The notes under the pieces: generated by a model | Told to the model about the DNA's origin: nothing | Databases searched by the model: none | The model's input: the letters and a program-made list of their open reading frames with translations, nothing else | Program-made: the position numbers and the translations under genes | In this document: positions 44,006 to 55,980 of the stretch, piece after piece | Layout of the letters: each line of letters begins with the position of its first letter | Position numbering within the stretch: position 1 is the first letter of the stretch | Source of the DNA: Alphaproteobacteria bacterium | GTDB taxonomy: Bacteria > Pseudomonadota > Alphaproteobacteria > Micavibrionales > Micavibrionaceae | DNA length: 64,000 bases | Assembly (NCBI GenBank): GCA_009995045.1 | Contig: JAACQG010000010.1 | Coordinates: forward strand, 28,025 to 92,024 | Direction of reading: 5' to 3'

Positions 44006-45280
44006 ATGCAAAAATTATTTCTGCTTATAGCGGGCACGATTATCGCAATAGCCGCAAACACACATACAGCAAACGCAAGCGATACACTCAAAACACTCTT
44101 AAACACTGATGGCAATTACGAAATTATCCCTGGTTTTATAGATACCAACGCAACCCTATCGAACAAAATAACCGATCTACAAGAACACGTTACCGATAAA
44201 TCAGTTGTCATGCTTAAGGCCCGTGAAAATGGGGATTTAAAACCATATCGCCTCTATCTTGGTGCGCGTATTGTCGGCACATACATTGCTGAACGCACGA
44301 ACACAGCAGGAAAATTCCCAATTCTATCGCGCCTCCCACCAACACATACAAAAGGTACAAGTGACACGTACAGCGTTATTAACGACTTCACCCCGCACGC
44401 AATTGCAACCCTGCCTTGGGTCACATTATTTGCGCAAGGCGAATACACCGAATTAGCGTATACGGGGCAAGATCGTTGGAAGCTACGAAAATATGGCGTG
44501 ACAATAGGCGATTTAGACAAATTCCCTCTTTACGCAGCCATCGCAAAAAAATCAGTCAATTTCGGTAATTTCTCAAGCTACGGCCCATTCACCCACACAC
44601 ATAGCGCACATTATTTTTGGGCGCAAACGGATGAACCATTATTAGAAGTCGGATACGCCAAGGACGGCACAATGCTTGCCGCAAGCCTGATCAAAAACGA
44701 TCGCGGCTTACGCGTTTTAAATTCGCCGAAAAATGACGATAAGTACGAAAACTTCGCGCTTAACGCCTCCCATCGCATTGAATTTAATGATGATTACAAC
44801 GTGAAAATCGGCGCGGGCTTCCTGCGCGGCACAATCTATGACAGCTCAATCGCACACCACCCGCCAACAACAGGCACAAATGACAGATCATGGAACGGCG
44901 CGGTTAACGCCAATATTGAAGCTAAACTAAATAAATTTGACGTTATGGCCGAATACACACAAACCGTCGAAGACTGGCCCGCAACAGACAGCCACGTGAG
45001 CGCATTAACCCTGCAAGGACGCTACAACGACACAATCCTACACCTACCCACAAAATATAGCCTATCGTATAGCCAAGGCATCCAAGGCGATAGCGATGAA
45101 GAATGGTTTGATATGCAACAAGGCGTCGCAGGCGTTGAAATAACTATAAATCCACATTTAAGCATTGGTGCAGAATATGTCGCGAGCGCAGGATTTGTTC
45201 CCTTAATCGTGCCAAAACTTGCCGCTGATAACGGCGTTGTATCGCACACCGGCATCGTCGGACTTAAAATCAGCTTTTAA
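44006..45280 (+). CDS. putative outer-membrane beta-barrel protein (porin-like)
   Basis: Signal peptide MQKLFLLIAGTIIAIAANTHTANA, alternating amphipathic segments rich in Tyr/Gly/Asn, and the C-terminal ...GIVGLKISF with a terminal Phe. Confidence 0.6.
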   Translation: MQKLFLLIAGTIIAIAANTHTANASDTLKTLLNTDGNYEIIPGFIDTNATLSNKITDLQEHVTDKSVVMLKARENGDLKPYRLYLGARIVGTYIAERTNTAGKFPILSRLPPTHTKGTSDTYSVINDFTPHAIATLPWVTLFAQGEYTELAYTGQDRWKLRKYGVTIGDLDKFPLYAAIAKKSVNFGNFSSYGPFTHTHSAHYFWAQTDEPLLEVGYAKDGTMLAASLIKNDRGLRVLNSPKNDDKYENFALNASHRIEFNDDYNVKIGAGFLRGTIYDSSIAHHPPTTGTNDRSWNGAVNANIEAKLNKFDVMAEYTQTVEDWPATDSHVSALTLQGRYNDTILHLPTKYSLSYSQGIQGDSDEEWFDMQQGVAGVEITINPHLSIGAEYVASAGFVPLIVPKLAADNGVVSHTGIVGLKISF

Positions 45281-45723
45281 GACAAAGAAGCATATACAAG
45301 CGGTTCTTCCCCTGCTTCAAGAGCGTTCAATTCCGCAAGGGTTGGCTCGGCCCACGTGCCTTGCTCGGGTGAACCTTTTCGTGATGAAATGCGCGCATGC
45401 TGTGCGAATATTTCTGTCATGGAGGCGTCGTCTGAATATTTTTGTAAAAACGCACCGATTTTTGAAATATTCTCAGGAGATATATATCTGAGACCTGCGT
45501 TTTTCGCTGCGTTCGCTGTCTCTTGTTTGGTTTGGCCCAATTCACCCACATAATAGGCAACCTGACCGGGCTCAGTGTTCGTTTGTTGAGCGATCTCAGC
45601 TTCAATATCTTCAATCGTCAAACCTTCCGAGACACCAAATAGCTTCATTTTACCTTTTTCTGTCGGTATAAAAACAACATATATTTGCGCATCTTGTGCG
45701 GATTCAACTGTGGAAGTACTCAT
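45277..45723 (-). CDS. hypothetical protein (148 aa)
   Basis: ORF only. Its stop overlaps the 44006-45280 gene by 4 nt, convergently. No recognisable motif. Confidence 0.45.
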   Translation of the reverse strand: MSTSTVESAQDAQIYVVFIPTEKGKMKLFGVSEGLTIEDIEAEIAQQTNTEPGQVAYYVGELGQTKQETANAAKNAGLRYISPENISKIGAFLQKYSDDASMTEIFAQHARISSRKGSPEQGTWAEPTLAELNALEAGEEPLVYASLS

Positions 45724-45874
45724 TTTAATTACTCTTATCCATTAAAAAAGCAGACAATACGCGCAGCCCCAGAATATGGCAATGGCGAATTCGCATAATT
45801 TCTATGATTTCATCCTTGATTCCCCCTTGATTCTCGGCGCAAAACCCTGTTAATTGCTCTCACAGAATAAATAA

Positions 45875-47976
<2,102 letters not shown>

Positions 47977-48140
47977 ATGACCTCATCAAAAATAACGCAC
48001 ATATTTAACATAATAAATATAATTGGTCAATAATTCTCTATAATCCATTAAATTGCAGAAGATTTTTAAAACGCTATTCTCTATTGTGCCCAAATATCAT
48101 ACCTACACATAATAGCTTAGAACGGCGACAGGGCGCTTAA

Positions 48141-49034
48141 ATGTTAGATTTAAAACCACATCACGAAAACCTGCTCAAAGGAGTCGGCCTTGCGTTGACG
48201 GCGTTCTTTCTCTTTTCCGTCATGAGCGCCGCTGCAAAATTCCTCTCCGACACACACCACGTCGCGGAAATCGCATTCTATCGCAATGCCATCTTCCTCC
48301 TGCCCTTGCTGTTTTATATTCGCAGCAAGAAAAATAAAAACCTCTTTAAGACCGACAAACCCAAAGCCGTCGCTTTTCGTGCAATCGTCGGTTCCATCAG
48401 CCTGATCGTCACCTATAGCGCGTTTGCAGAGCTTCCCATGGCAGATGCGACCGTGCTTTTATTCGCAAGCAGCATCATCACCCCCGTGATCGTACATTTT
48501 GCATTGAAAGAACATATCGGCATATACCGCTGCGTCGCGATTTTAATAGGGCTGAGCGGTGTGTTCTTAATGGCGGCTCCAACGGGCGCAGTAAACCCAA
48601 TTGGGGTTGTCTTCGCGCTCTCTGCGGCAACGATGCATGCCATGATGTATTCCACCTTGCGGTATTTAAAAACGGAAGACAGCCTGACGGTCACATTCTA
48701 TTTCATTCTTGCTGGCGTGCTCATCCCTGGCATCTTTTTCATGCCCTTCGTCGCCGCGCCTATCCTTAATCCGCTTGAACTGGGCTTATTCCTCGCGCTC
48801 GGCGTCTCTGGCGGGTGTGCGCAATTATGTCTCGCCAATGCCCATCGCCACGCCCCCGCATCCCTGATTGCACCGCTTAATTATACAGGATTGATCTGGG
48901 CCACTGGCTTTGACATTATCATCTGGAAAACAATCCCCGGCTGGCCCGTCTTTATCGGCGGCGGCATCATCATCGCATCCAGCCTATTTATCATCTATAG
49001 AGAGAATAAGAATGTCCAAATCAATAAAAGATAA
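48141..49034 (+). CDS. DMT superfamily transporter (EamA family)
   Basis: 297 aa, about 10 TM helices in two EamA-like halves. Confidence 0.8.
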   Translation: MLDLKPHHENLLKGVGLALTAFFLFSVMSAAAKFLSDTHHVAEIAFYRNAIFLLPLLFYIRSKKNKNLFKTDKPKAVAFRAIVGSISLIVTYSAFAELPMADATVLLFASSIITPVIVHFALKEHIGIYRCVAILIGLSGVFLMAAPTGAVNPIGVVFALSAATMHAMMYSTLRYLKTEDSLTVTFYFILAGVLIPGIFFMPFVAAPILNPLELGLFLALGVSGGCAQLCLANAHRHAPASLIAPLNYTGLIWATGFDIIIWKTIPGWPVFIGGGIIIASSLFIIYRENKNVQINKR

Positions 49035-49950
49035 CACGATCCTCGGCATGGGCTTTGCGGCGTTCAATGCATTTATGCTTGCCGCGATGAGCCTGAGCGC
49101 GAAATGGCTCGGCGATTATTTCGACGCGATTGAGGTCACTTTCTGGCGAAATTCCGCATCTCTCATTTTGTTATTTGTCTGGTTTATGGTGATTAAAAAC
49201 CACGACTTTTTTAAAACGGAAAGACCAAAAGCACACATCGTTCGCGGCGCAATCGGAACAATGGGCATTGTGCTGGGTATGTATACTGTCTCGGTATTAT
49301 CACTGGCTGAAACAACCGTGTTATTATTCACATCCCCACTCTTCACATTGTTGCTATCCATCATCTTTTTAAAAGAAGCGGTCGGCGTATTTCGTGTCGG
49401 CGCGATTATTGTCGGCTTTATCGGCGTGGCGATCATCGCCCTGCCCGGCATCCTCGACAGCGCACATCCATTTCCAATGTTAGGCCTCGCGGCGGGGATT
49501 GGTTGGGGCTTTTGCTCTGGCTCCATTGATGCCATTTTACGGTGGATGGGCAAGACAGAAAACACGTACACCACCACATTTTACTTCATGCTGTTTGGAA
49601 CGATTGCCTGCGGTTTATATTGGCCATTTTCGGCTACACCGATTGATTCAATTGACAAAAGTAGCGCTTTGACCGTCATGGGCATTATCGCGCTTTTGGG
49701 CTTCACAGGCACAACCGCGCTCCTCGCCAAGACACAAAGCTATCGCTTGGGCGAGGCATCGCTCATCGCACCGATCATGTATACAATGCTGATCTGGTCA
49801 GTTGCATTTGATTATATATTCTGGGGACGTACACCCACATGGAATGTGATATTAGGAGCGATCATTATTGTTGGCGCGAACCTCTTTATCATGTATCGCG
49901 AGCACGCCAAAAATTCAAAGATTAAAGCAATTGAGGGAGTCCAAGGGTGA
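49012..49950 (+). CDS. DMT superfamily transporter (EamA family), tandem paralogue
   Basis: The ORF opens at 48910. ATG 49012 (MSKSIKDNTILGMGFAAF...) is the plausible start and overlaps the upstream gene by 23 nt. About 10 TM helices. Confidence 0.8.
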   Translation: MSKSIKDNTILGMGFAAFNAFMLAAMSLSAKWLGDYFDAIEVTFWRNSASLILLFVWFMVIKNHDFFKTERPKAHIVRGAIGTMGIVLGMYTVSVLSLAETTVLLFTSPLFTLLLSIIFLKEAVGVFRVGAIIVGFIGVAIIALPGILDSAHPFPMLGLAAGIGWGFCSGSIDAILRWMGKTENTYTTTFYFMLFGTIACGLYWPFSATPIDSIDKSSALTVMGIIALLGFTGTTALLAKTQSYRLGEASLIAPIMYTMLIWSVAFDYIFWGRTPTWNVILGAIIIVGANLFIMYREHAKNSKIKAIEGVQG

Positions 49951-50311
49951 CGCATAAACACGCCCCGATTACAAACACCGCCATCGCAAGCAACATACCG
50001 AGCATACGAAGCGGCCCATATCCCGGCGGACGCACAAGACCAATACCATGGCAAATACGCGACAATATCATCAAACCACCCATCCAATGAATAGCCCATA
50101 ACGGCGCACCGCTAAGCTCCGCAATCAACATCAACAAAATGGCGGTCGGAACAACCTCTGTAAAATTACCGTAGACACGGCTCTTGGCTTCCAAAACCCT
50201 ACTATCGCCTGTCCCTAAGATAACTTTCTCGCGGATGCGCGAGCGCGCAATCCAAACAATCATTGCGGCCTGTGCAACGGCAAAAATGGCGATGTATATT
50301 CCTGTAATCAT
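49922..50311 (-). CDS. MAPEG family membrane protein (YecN-like)
   Basis: 129 aa, 3-4 TM helices. R...R......G.GD...LE...RVYGNF.E.VP..ILLM..AE is typical of bacterial MAPEG proteins. Confidence 0.75.
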   Translation of the reverse strand: MITGIYIAIFAVAQAAMIVWIARSRIREKVILGTGDSRVLEAKSRVYGNFTEVVPTAILLMLIAELSGAPLWAIHWMGGLMILSRICHGIGLVRPPGYGPLRMLGMLLAMAVFVIGACLCVTLGLPQLL

Positions 50312-50324
50312 AACTAATCTCCGC

Positions 50325-50834
50325 TTACTGCATCTGTAATCCGTGAATTGAATATAACCCTAACAAACGTTTCCCCGCTTTTTGATCAATGACAATGTAA
50401 AATACACCCGGCTTTTGATCCGCGGTAATTTTAAATGCATAATCAATAAATTCCACGACATGGCGCTGATCTATCGGCGATAATTTTAAAAATGGCTTTC
50501 CGACCTCAAGAACCGGGACCTTGTCCTCATATTGGCGCACCAAAATACCAGCGTCATAAAAACCGTCAATAACAGCCATAACGCTGCCTTTATCTTCCGC
50601 CCAAAGCTCAGGGCTCCATGCGTCATGATCCCACTGATTATTTTGCGGCCCTTTGCCATCTTTTAAATATGGCTCGCGCACATCTCCCGCACTATCGCCT
50701 AGAATGTACTTTTGAGCGCCGCCGAAGTAATCAGAAACGCTTCTGCGCGGGGTATGCGTGTTATCTTGGGCAAAGGCGATGCCATGTGAAACAAATAACG
50801 ACAAAGCCATAACAACAATTACAAGAAATACGCG
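50325..50834 (-). CDS. secreted hypothetical protein
   Basis: The ORF opens at 50861. The internal ATG at 50834 gives the signal peptide MRVFLVIVVMALSLFVSHGIAFA. No family recognised. Confidence 0.55.
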   Translation of the reverse strand, partial: RVFLVIVVMALSLFVSHGIAFAQDNTHTPRRSVSDYFGGAQKYILGDSAGDVREPYLKDGKGPQNNQWDHDAWSPELWAEDKGSVMAVIDGFYDAGILVRQYEDKVPVLEVGKPFLKLSPIDQRHVVEFIDYAFKITADQKPGVFYIVIDQKAGKRLLGLYSIHGLQMQ

Positions 50835-50881
50835 CATAATTATCAATCCAATCTTAACCAATACTGTGCTATAATAACATT

Positions 50882-51124
50882 ATGATTGATGCAATTGGAA
50901 TAGGCTTATCAGGCCTTCAAAAAGCCACAGAAAAAGTAGAGACCAGCGCGAATAACATCGCCAACGTCCTCACCCCGCGTGATGACGGCGATGTCGTTGA
51001 TTTAAGCGAGGAAGCAGTAAACCTGCTAATGGCCGAGGCTGAGTTTAAGGCAAATGTAGCAACCATTAAGACAGCCGATGAATTATCAAATGAACTCCTG
51101 AGTATTTTCGACAAAGATTCTTAA
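50882..51124 (+). CDS. miniature flagellar-rod-like protein (80 aa) carrying only N- and C-terminal rod motifs
   Basis: N-terminal LSGLQKATEKVETSANNIANVLT matches the Flg_bb_rod motif SGL.A......SNNIAN..T. C-terminal VDLSEEAVNLLMAEAEFKANVATIKTADEL matches the rod/hook C-terminal motif (dl..E.v.li.a.r.y.AN.k.i.t.dem). Confidence 0.55.
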   Translation: MIDAIGIGLSGLQKATEKVETSANNIANVLTPRDDGDVVDLSEEAVNLLMAEAEFKANVATIKTADELSNELLSIFDKDS

Positions 51125-51182
51125 ATTCCACCATCCACACCTTCACGCCACGACCACAACACGGATATAGAACAATAAAATC

Positions 51183-52031
51183 ATGAAATTTGTCTTTTTA
51201 GGGTATGATTTTATGCTGCCCATCGCTCAAAACCTCCTAGAGGATGGACATGACCTCATAGGAGTGATGACATTCCCCTGTGATCAGATCTTCAATTTCA
51301 GCCACAATTGCCAAGCATTAGCCAAGCACACCGGCGCGACTTATATCGAAAGCCCAGTATCCGAAACGCATATAGACAGCCTTATCAACAAAGGGGCAGA
51401 TATGTTCATCGCTGCTGGTTACCCCTTTAAAATTCCGCCAATAAACACACAAAAAGCATACGGCATTAATGTCCACCCCAGCGTATTACCCGCAGGCCGA
51501 GGCCCTATGCCAGTCCCACACATTATCCTGAATGAGGAAGACAGCGCTGCCGGATACACAATCCATAAACTCAGCCCTGAATTTGACACTGGCGATATAT
51601 TATACAAAGAACACATCATCCTAAGCGACGACGAGTGTGTGGAACGCTATTGCGCGAAAATCCTCTCACAAGCGCCCGCTAAAATGGTCGACATCATGCA
51701 TAATTTTGAAGAAATATGGGACAATGCCTCCCCACAAGATAACAGCATGGCAAATAGCTATCCCTTGCCTGACAACGCTACACGCACACTGAACTGGTCA
51801 GAAAACATCCAACATATTTTAAGAACATCACGCGCCTTTGGGCGTTATGGATGTTACGCACATTTTGCTGGTAAAACATGGAATGTCTACGCCTGTGAAG
51901 GATGGGTCGATCAACATGGCTATGAAAACGGCACATGCCTATCTATGCAAAGCAATATGGCAGTGATCGCTGCGGAAAACGGATTTATTGCGTTAAAGGA
52001 ATTTCAAGAAATGACCCGGCCAATTGCTTAA
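51183..52031 (+). CDS. formyltransferase family protein (Fmt-like)
   Basis: GINVHPSVLPAGRGPMP (the HPSLLP..RG motif), AGYTIHKL...DTGDILY, and a C-terminal Fmt_C-like region. Confidence 0.75.
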   Translation: MKFVFLGYDFMLPIAQNLLEDGHDLIGVMTFPCDQIFNFSHNCQALAKHTGATYIESPVSETHIDSLINKGADMFIAAGYPFKIPPINTQKAYGINVHPSVLPAGRGPMPVPHIILNEEDSAAGYTIHKLSPEFDTGDILYKEHIILSDDECVERYCAKILSQAPAKMVDIMHNFEEIWDNASPQDNSMANSYPLPDNATRTLNWSENIQHILRTSRAFGRYGCYAHFAGKTWNVYACEGWVDQHGYENGTCLSMQSNMAVIAAENGFIALKEFQEMTRPIA

Positions 52032-52483
52032 GCATCACTTTTGCGCGGCAGCTTAGCCCGCAAAAACCAAAACTTCTCAACAGCCTCAACCAATTCAATC
52101 ATATCGTCAAAGCCATTGGTTTTCGAAACGTAAGCGTTAGCGCCGTTGCTATATGATTTCTTAATGTCATCTATCGCCTGCGATCCCGACATTATAATGA
52201 CCGGAATATCTTTATAATCATCCTGTGATTTAATCTCCCGCAATGTCTCGTGGCCATCTTTGCGCGGCATTTTGATATCAAGAAAAATCAAGTCAGGGCG
52301 CGGATTTGAATCATTACCAACAGATTGCATCAAATAATCCATAACTTCTTGCCCATCTTTAACCAGAAAAACCTGATTCTCGACATCAGACTGCGCAAAA
52401 GCCTGTTCAATAAAGAACGCATCTGTTTCTTGATCTTCTGCAACGAGAATTCTTATAGGGAGGTGATTGCTTTTTAAAATCAT
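52028..52483 (-). CDS. single-domain response regulator (CheY-like receiver)
   Basis: ILVAEDQETD, DLIFLDIKMPRKDG (phospho-acceptor Asp), PVIIMSGS and NAYVSK. Lies downstream of the large kinase gene. Confidence 0.88.
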   Translation of the reverse strand: MILKSNHLPIRILVAEDQETDAFFIEQAFAQSDVENQVFLVKDGQEVMDYLMQSVGNDSNPRPDLIFLDIKMPRKDGHETLREIKSQDDYKDIPVIIMSGSQAIDDIKKSYSNGANAYVSKTNGFDDMIELVEAVEKFWFLRAKLPRKSDA

Positions 52484-52513
52484 ATTTTTCTAATATAGCA
52501 CATAAAGAGGTTT

Positions 52514-55500
52514 TTAATAGAATACTTTTGGCAAAGTGAAATCAAATTTTGCACCGCCTTCATAATCCTTATCTAAAGTAATCGAACCACCATGAAACTC
52601 AATAATACGCTGGCAGATAGAGAGGCCTATACCAACACCATTATACTCATTATCACGATGAAGCCTCTGAAAAATTTGGAAAATTTTATCCGAATAAGTC
52701 GGATCAATGCCGATACCATTATCCGCCACTGAAAATTTAAAAAACGCCTTCTCTTCCTCATATGCCAACGTAATTATCGGCGCTTCATCAGCTTTACTGT
52801 ATTTCAATGCGTTTTGGATAAGGTTCTGAAACAATTGAATCATAAGATAGCGATCAGCCCCAACAACAGGAAGAGTGCCTACATTTACATTGGCGTGGTT
52901 ATCATTGATATCATCCGATAAGTTTTCCAAAACCACATCCAAAACATCCGCAAGATCCACATCTTTTAACTCAACACCATCACGCCCAACACGCGAATAT
53001 CTAAGCAAGCTCTCAATCATGTTCTGCATACGATTAGCACCTGAAATCATAACATCCAAAAGCTCCATCGATTTCTCGTCAAGCTTATCCGCATATTCGT
53101 CTTTAAAGAAACTCGCACTCATCGAAACATGGCGCAAAGGCGCTTTTAAATCATGTGATGTGACATAAGCAAAGCTCTCAAGCTCCTTATTCGAACGCTT
53201 GAGCTCCTGCGTCACCTTATTACGCTCCGTAATATCAAGCATGCTTGCGATAAAGGCTGGACGCCCGTTAAACGTCGTCAATTGCAAATTCGCCGCCACA
53301 TCATAATATGATCCGTCTTTGCGCTTATGCCGCATATCAAAATCAACGCGTTCACTCTCGCCGGACAATAACTTTTCTGCCATTACCGCGAATTCTTCAT
53401 CAGCATAAGCCTCAACAAAATCAGAAGGCCTATGCCCCAAAAGCTCATCTTCTGAATAGCCCATATTATTGATTGCACCGTTATTGACAAAAACAAACTC
53501 CATCGTTTCGGCGTCAAAAATGTAAAATTCAATAATGGCGCTATTGAAAATCTGCGTGATTTGTAGCGCTAGTTCTTCAGCTTTTTTCTTCTCCGAAATA
53601 TCACGAATAACAGCGCTGAAAATTCGACGAGACCCCAGCTTTACTTCTGCAATGGAGATATCTATTGGAAAGCGGCTTAAATCTTTTCGTGTTGCCTCTA
53701 GCTGGCTTCTATTTTGTGACACAACATGATCACCATGCTTTAAAAAATCTGCGTGAGATTTGTGATATTCGGGAATGAGCATGTCGATGTTTTTACCAAT
53801 AGCAACCTCCGCATCGTATCCAAAAATATCTTCACAAGCTTTATTATAAGTTTCAATCGTACCACTCTCATCAATCGTAATAAGACCATCAGCAGTCGTA
53901 TCAAGGATAGTTTCAAGCTTTTGCTGTGTGCTAAGCAAATCCGTAACATCCCGCGCATATCCCATAAGGAATGCTTTGTTGTCTTCATCATAAAAACGTT
54001 GTTTGCGTGTCTCTAAGGTTCTTACCTCGCCTTGATAATCGGTAATAAACTCCTGCGTTTCTGAAAACCCCTCCTCCAAGGCTATTTTATCATTGATAAG
54101 ATAGCCCTTACGTTCATTTTTAGGGAATTGTTCAAGGCCTGTTGTACCTATAATGCCCTCACGAATATCAGGGCTATATTTATCGAAAAACGCCTGATTG
54201 GCTTGAACAATCTTAAACTCACTATCTTTGACAAAGATCATATCAGGAACAGTATCCATGACGACATTCAGGAATTTATTTTTATCAGACAATTCTGCAG
54301 TTTTTTCATCGACCAATTCTTTCATAGCTGCCGACTGCCCCGTTAAGGCCATCAAAAACATAGAACTGAATGACAAAAACACGAGCCCAATAACAAGCGC
54401 ATACCAAATAGAAAGATTAAGATTGTCATTAAAATGAACGTGATTCATGTAAAAATGTAATATCCATTTTTGCCCCGCAAAATCGTATGGAACATCAATA
54501 ACAAAACCATCGACAACGCTCTTATCACTATTATTATCTTGTGACTGATAAACAATACTCATCTCACCGTCTAACTCGACTTCTATCCTTAACTCAATGC
54601 CACGATCGCGCCATGAGTTCATAATATCCTCTACAGCCTCATGATAATAAAACGCCCCGACGACGGCGCCCTTAAAACCAGCATGACCAGTATTTTTTAT
54701 ATTTGGATAAGGGTGGTAATGATCATAGATCGGAGCAGCAAGAATGAAACCAAGCCCCTGAGCATCTCCTGCATTCATAAATGAAATAGGCTCTGACGCA
54801 GAAACAGCGTCACTATCCTTAGCGTGCTCTAAAGCTTTGCGGCGCTGAATATCAGACCAGAGATCAATCCCAATATAAGGCTTAACCTCCTCATATGGCT
54901 CCGCATATAAAACAGGCATGTAAACAGCGGCATCAATATCATCACTTCCGTCTTTGTACACAACAGATCGAATCCGAAAATTATCGCCGTATATTTTGCG
55001 CCCTGCCTGCAAAAATCGCTCTTTATCCTTGTGAGAGACATAAGGCACCCAGGCCAGCGCATGAATATCCGGATTTTGCAGTAAGGTATACTCAACAAAT
55101 GTAGAAAATTCTTGATGATTAATGTTTTCCGACGACTTATAAAAACTCTGTATAGCGCTCACAGCCTCATAGTAGGAGCTGAATTTGGAGAAAACCTCAC
55201 GCTTTACCATCTCTACTGATCCAGCAAAGCGATCCTGTTTTTCTCTAAAGTCTTGGCCCCTGAGATTAGCAAAAAGACCGATAACAATAATAAGACAGAA
55301 AAAAATTGGAACAAATATAGCCAAAAAGCGTCGTAAAGACACATCCCTCCAACTCAGCGCCAGCACAGTCATAGGCGCCACAAGAACGATGCCAAGCGCA
55401 TCGCCCATAAACCAGGCCTCCCAAAACGTCAACGCACCGTCGATATGAATACGGTCAGTCTGCAAAAATAAGCCCAGCGCTATGGATGATGCGACAACAC

Positions 55501-55879
55501 CACTAAGCGCCCCTAAAACACAAAACAAAACGATTGAGCGTAAGGTTTGAAACTGGGTATTATGCCTTACAAATTTCTTAATGAGATAAGCGCCCAAATA
55601 TGCCTGAGTTGCTGCACCTAACCCCAGGAACGAAGCTGCTAATAGTCCTTCAACATTAGGATCATTCCCCACAGGAGAAAGTAAGAAGGAGAGAAACGCG
55701 CCCAGGAAAACACCAGGCAAAAGCCGCGCCCCATATAAAAAAACAAACCCCAGCGACACCCCCGCAGCAGGCCAAAAAACGCTCGCAAAATATGGCGGCA
55801 TCGCCATCGACCACGCCACATAACTGGCGATGATATATAAGGCGATCAAAGAGAGTGTTTTCACAAAAAGATTCATCAT
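52514..55879 (-). CDS. hybrid-architecture sensor histidine kinase: MASE1, CHASE, TM, 3x PAS, HisKA, HATPase
   Basis: N-terminal multi-TM MASE1-like region (FASVFWPAAGVSLGFVFLYG). CHASE-like periplasmic segment (ALAWVPYVSHKDKERF). Three PAS-like blocks. H-box FAYVTSHDLKAPLR, N-box NLIQNALKYS, and G-boxes DNGIGI / GVGIGLSI. Confidence 0.9.
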   Translation of the reverse strand: MMNLFVKTLSLIALYIIASYVAWSMAMPPYFASVFWPAAGVSLGFVFLYGARLLPGVFLGAFLSFLLSPVGNDPNVEGLLAASFLGLGAATQAYLGAYLIKKFVRHNTQFQTLRSIVLFCVLGALSGVVASSIALGLFLQTDRIHIDGALTFWEAWFMGDALGIVLVAPMTVLALSWRDVSLRRFLAIFVPIFFCLIIVIGLFANLRGQDFREKQDRFAGSVEMVKREVFSKFSSYYEAVSAIQSFYKSSENINHQEFSTFVEYTLLQNPDIHALAWVPYVSHKDKERFLQAGRKIYGDNFRIRSVVYKDGSDDIDAAVYMPVLYAEPYEEVKPYIGIDLWSDIQRRKALEHAKDSDAVSASEPISFMNAGDAQGLGFILAAPIYDHYHPYPNIKNTGHAGFKGAVVGAFYYHEAVEDIMNSWRDRGIELRIEVELDGEMSIVYQSQDNNSDKSVVDGFVIDVPYDFAGQKWILHFYMNHVHFNDNLNLSIWYALVIGLVFLSFSSMFLMALTGQSAAMKELVDEKTAELSDKNKFLNVVMDTVPDMIFVKDSEFKIVQANQAFFDKYSPDIREGIIGTTGLEQFPKNERKGYLINDKIALEEGFSETQEFITDYQGEVRTLETRKQRFYDEDNKAFLMGYARDVTDLLSTQQKLETILDTTADGLITIDESGTIETYNKACEDIFGYDAEVAIGKNIDMLIPEYHKSHADFLKHGDHVVSQNRSQLEATRKDLSRFPIDISIAEVKLGSRRIFSAVIRDISEKKKAEELALQITQIFNSAIIEFYIFDAETMEFVFVNNGAINNMGYSEDELLGHRPSDFVEAYADEEFAVMAEKLLSGESERVDFDMRHKRKDGSYYDVAANLQLTTFNGRPAFIASMLDITERNKVTQELKRSNKELESFAYVTSHDLKAPLRHVSMSASFFKDEYADKLDEKSMELLDVMISGANRMQNMIESLLRYSRVGRDGVELKDVDLADVLDVVLENLSDDINDNHANVNVGTLPVVGADRYLMIQLFQNLIQNALKYSKADEAPIITLAYEEEKAFFKFSVADNGIGIDPTYSDKIFQIFQRLHRDNEYNGVGIGLSICQRIIEFHGGSITLDKDYEGGAKFDFTLPKVFY

Positions 55880-55980
55880 ATTTAGCTTACATACTTTAGC
55901 CTTTCTTTAGAATAGTATATTGCCATTGACCGTCTCTCTAGGCATTGTATATGGCTAAACCTAAAAGAAAGTACGTATGT

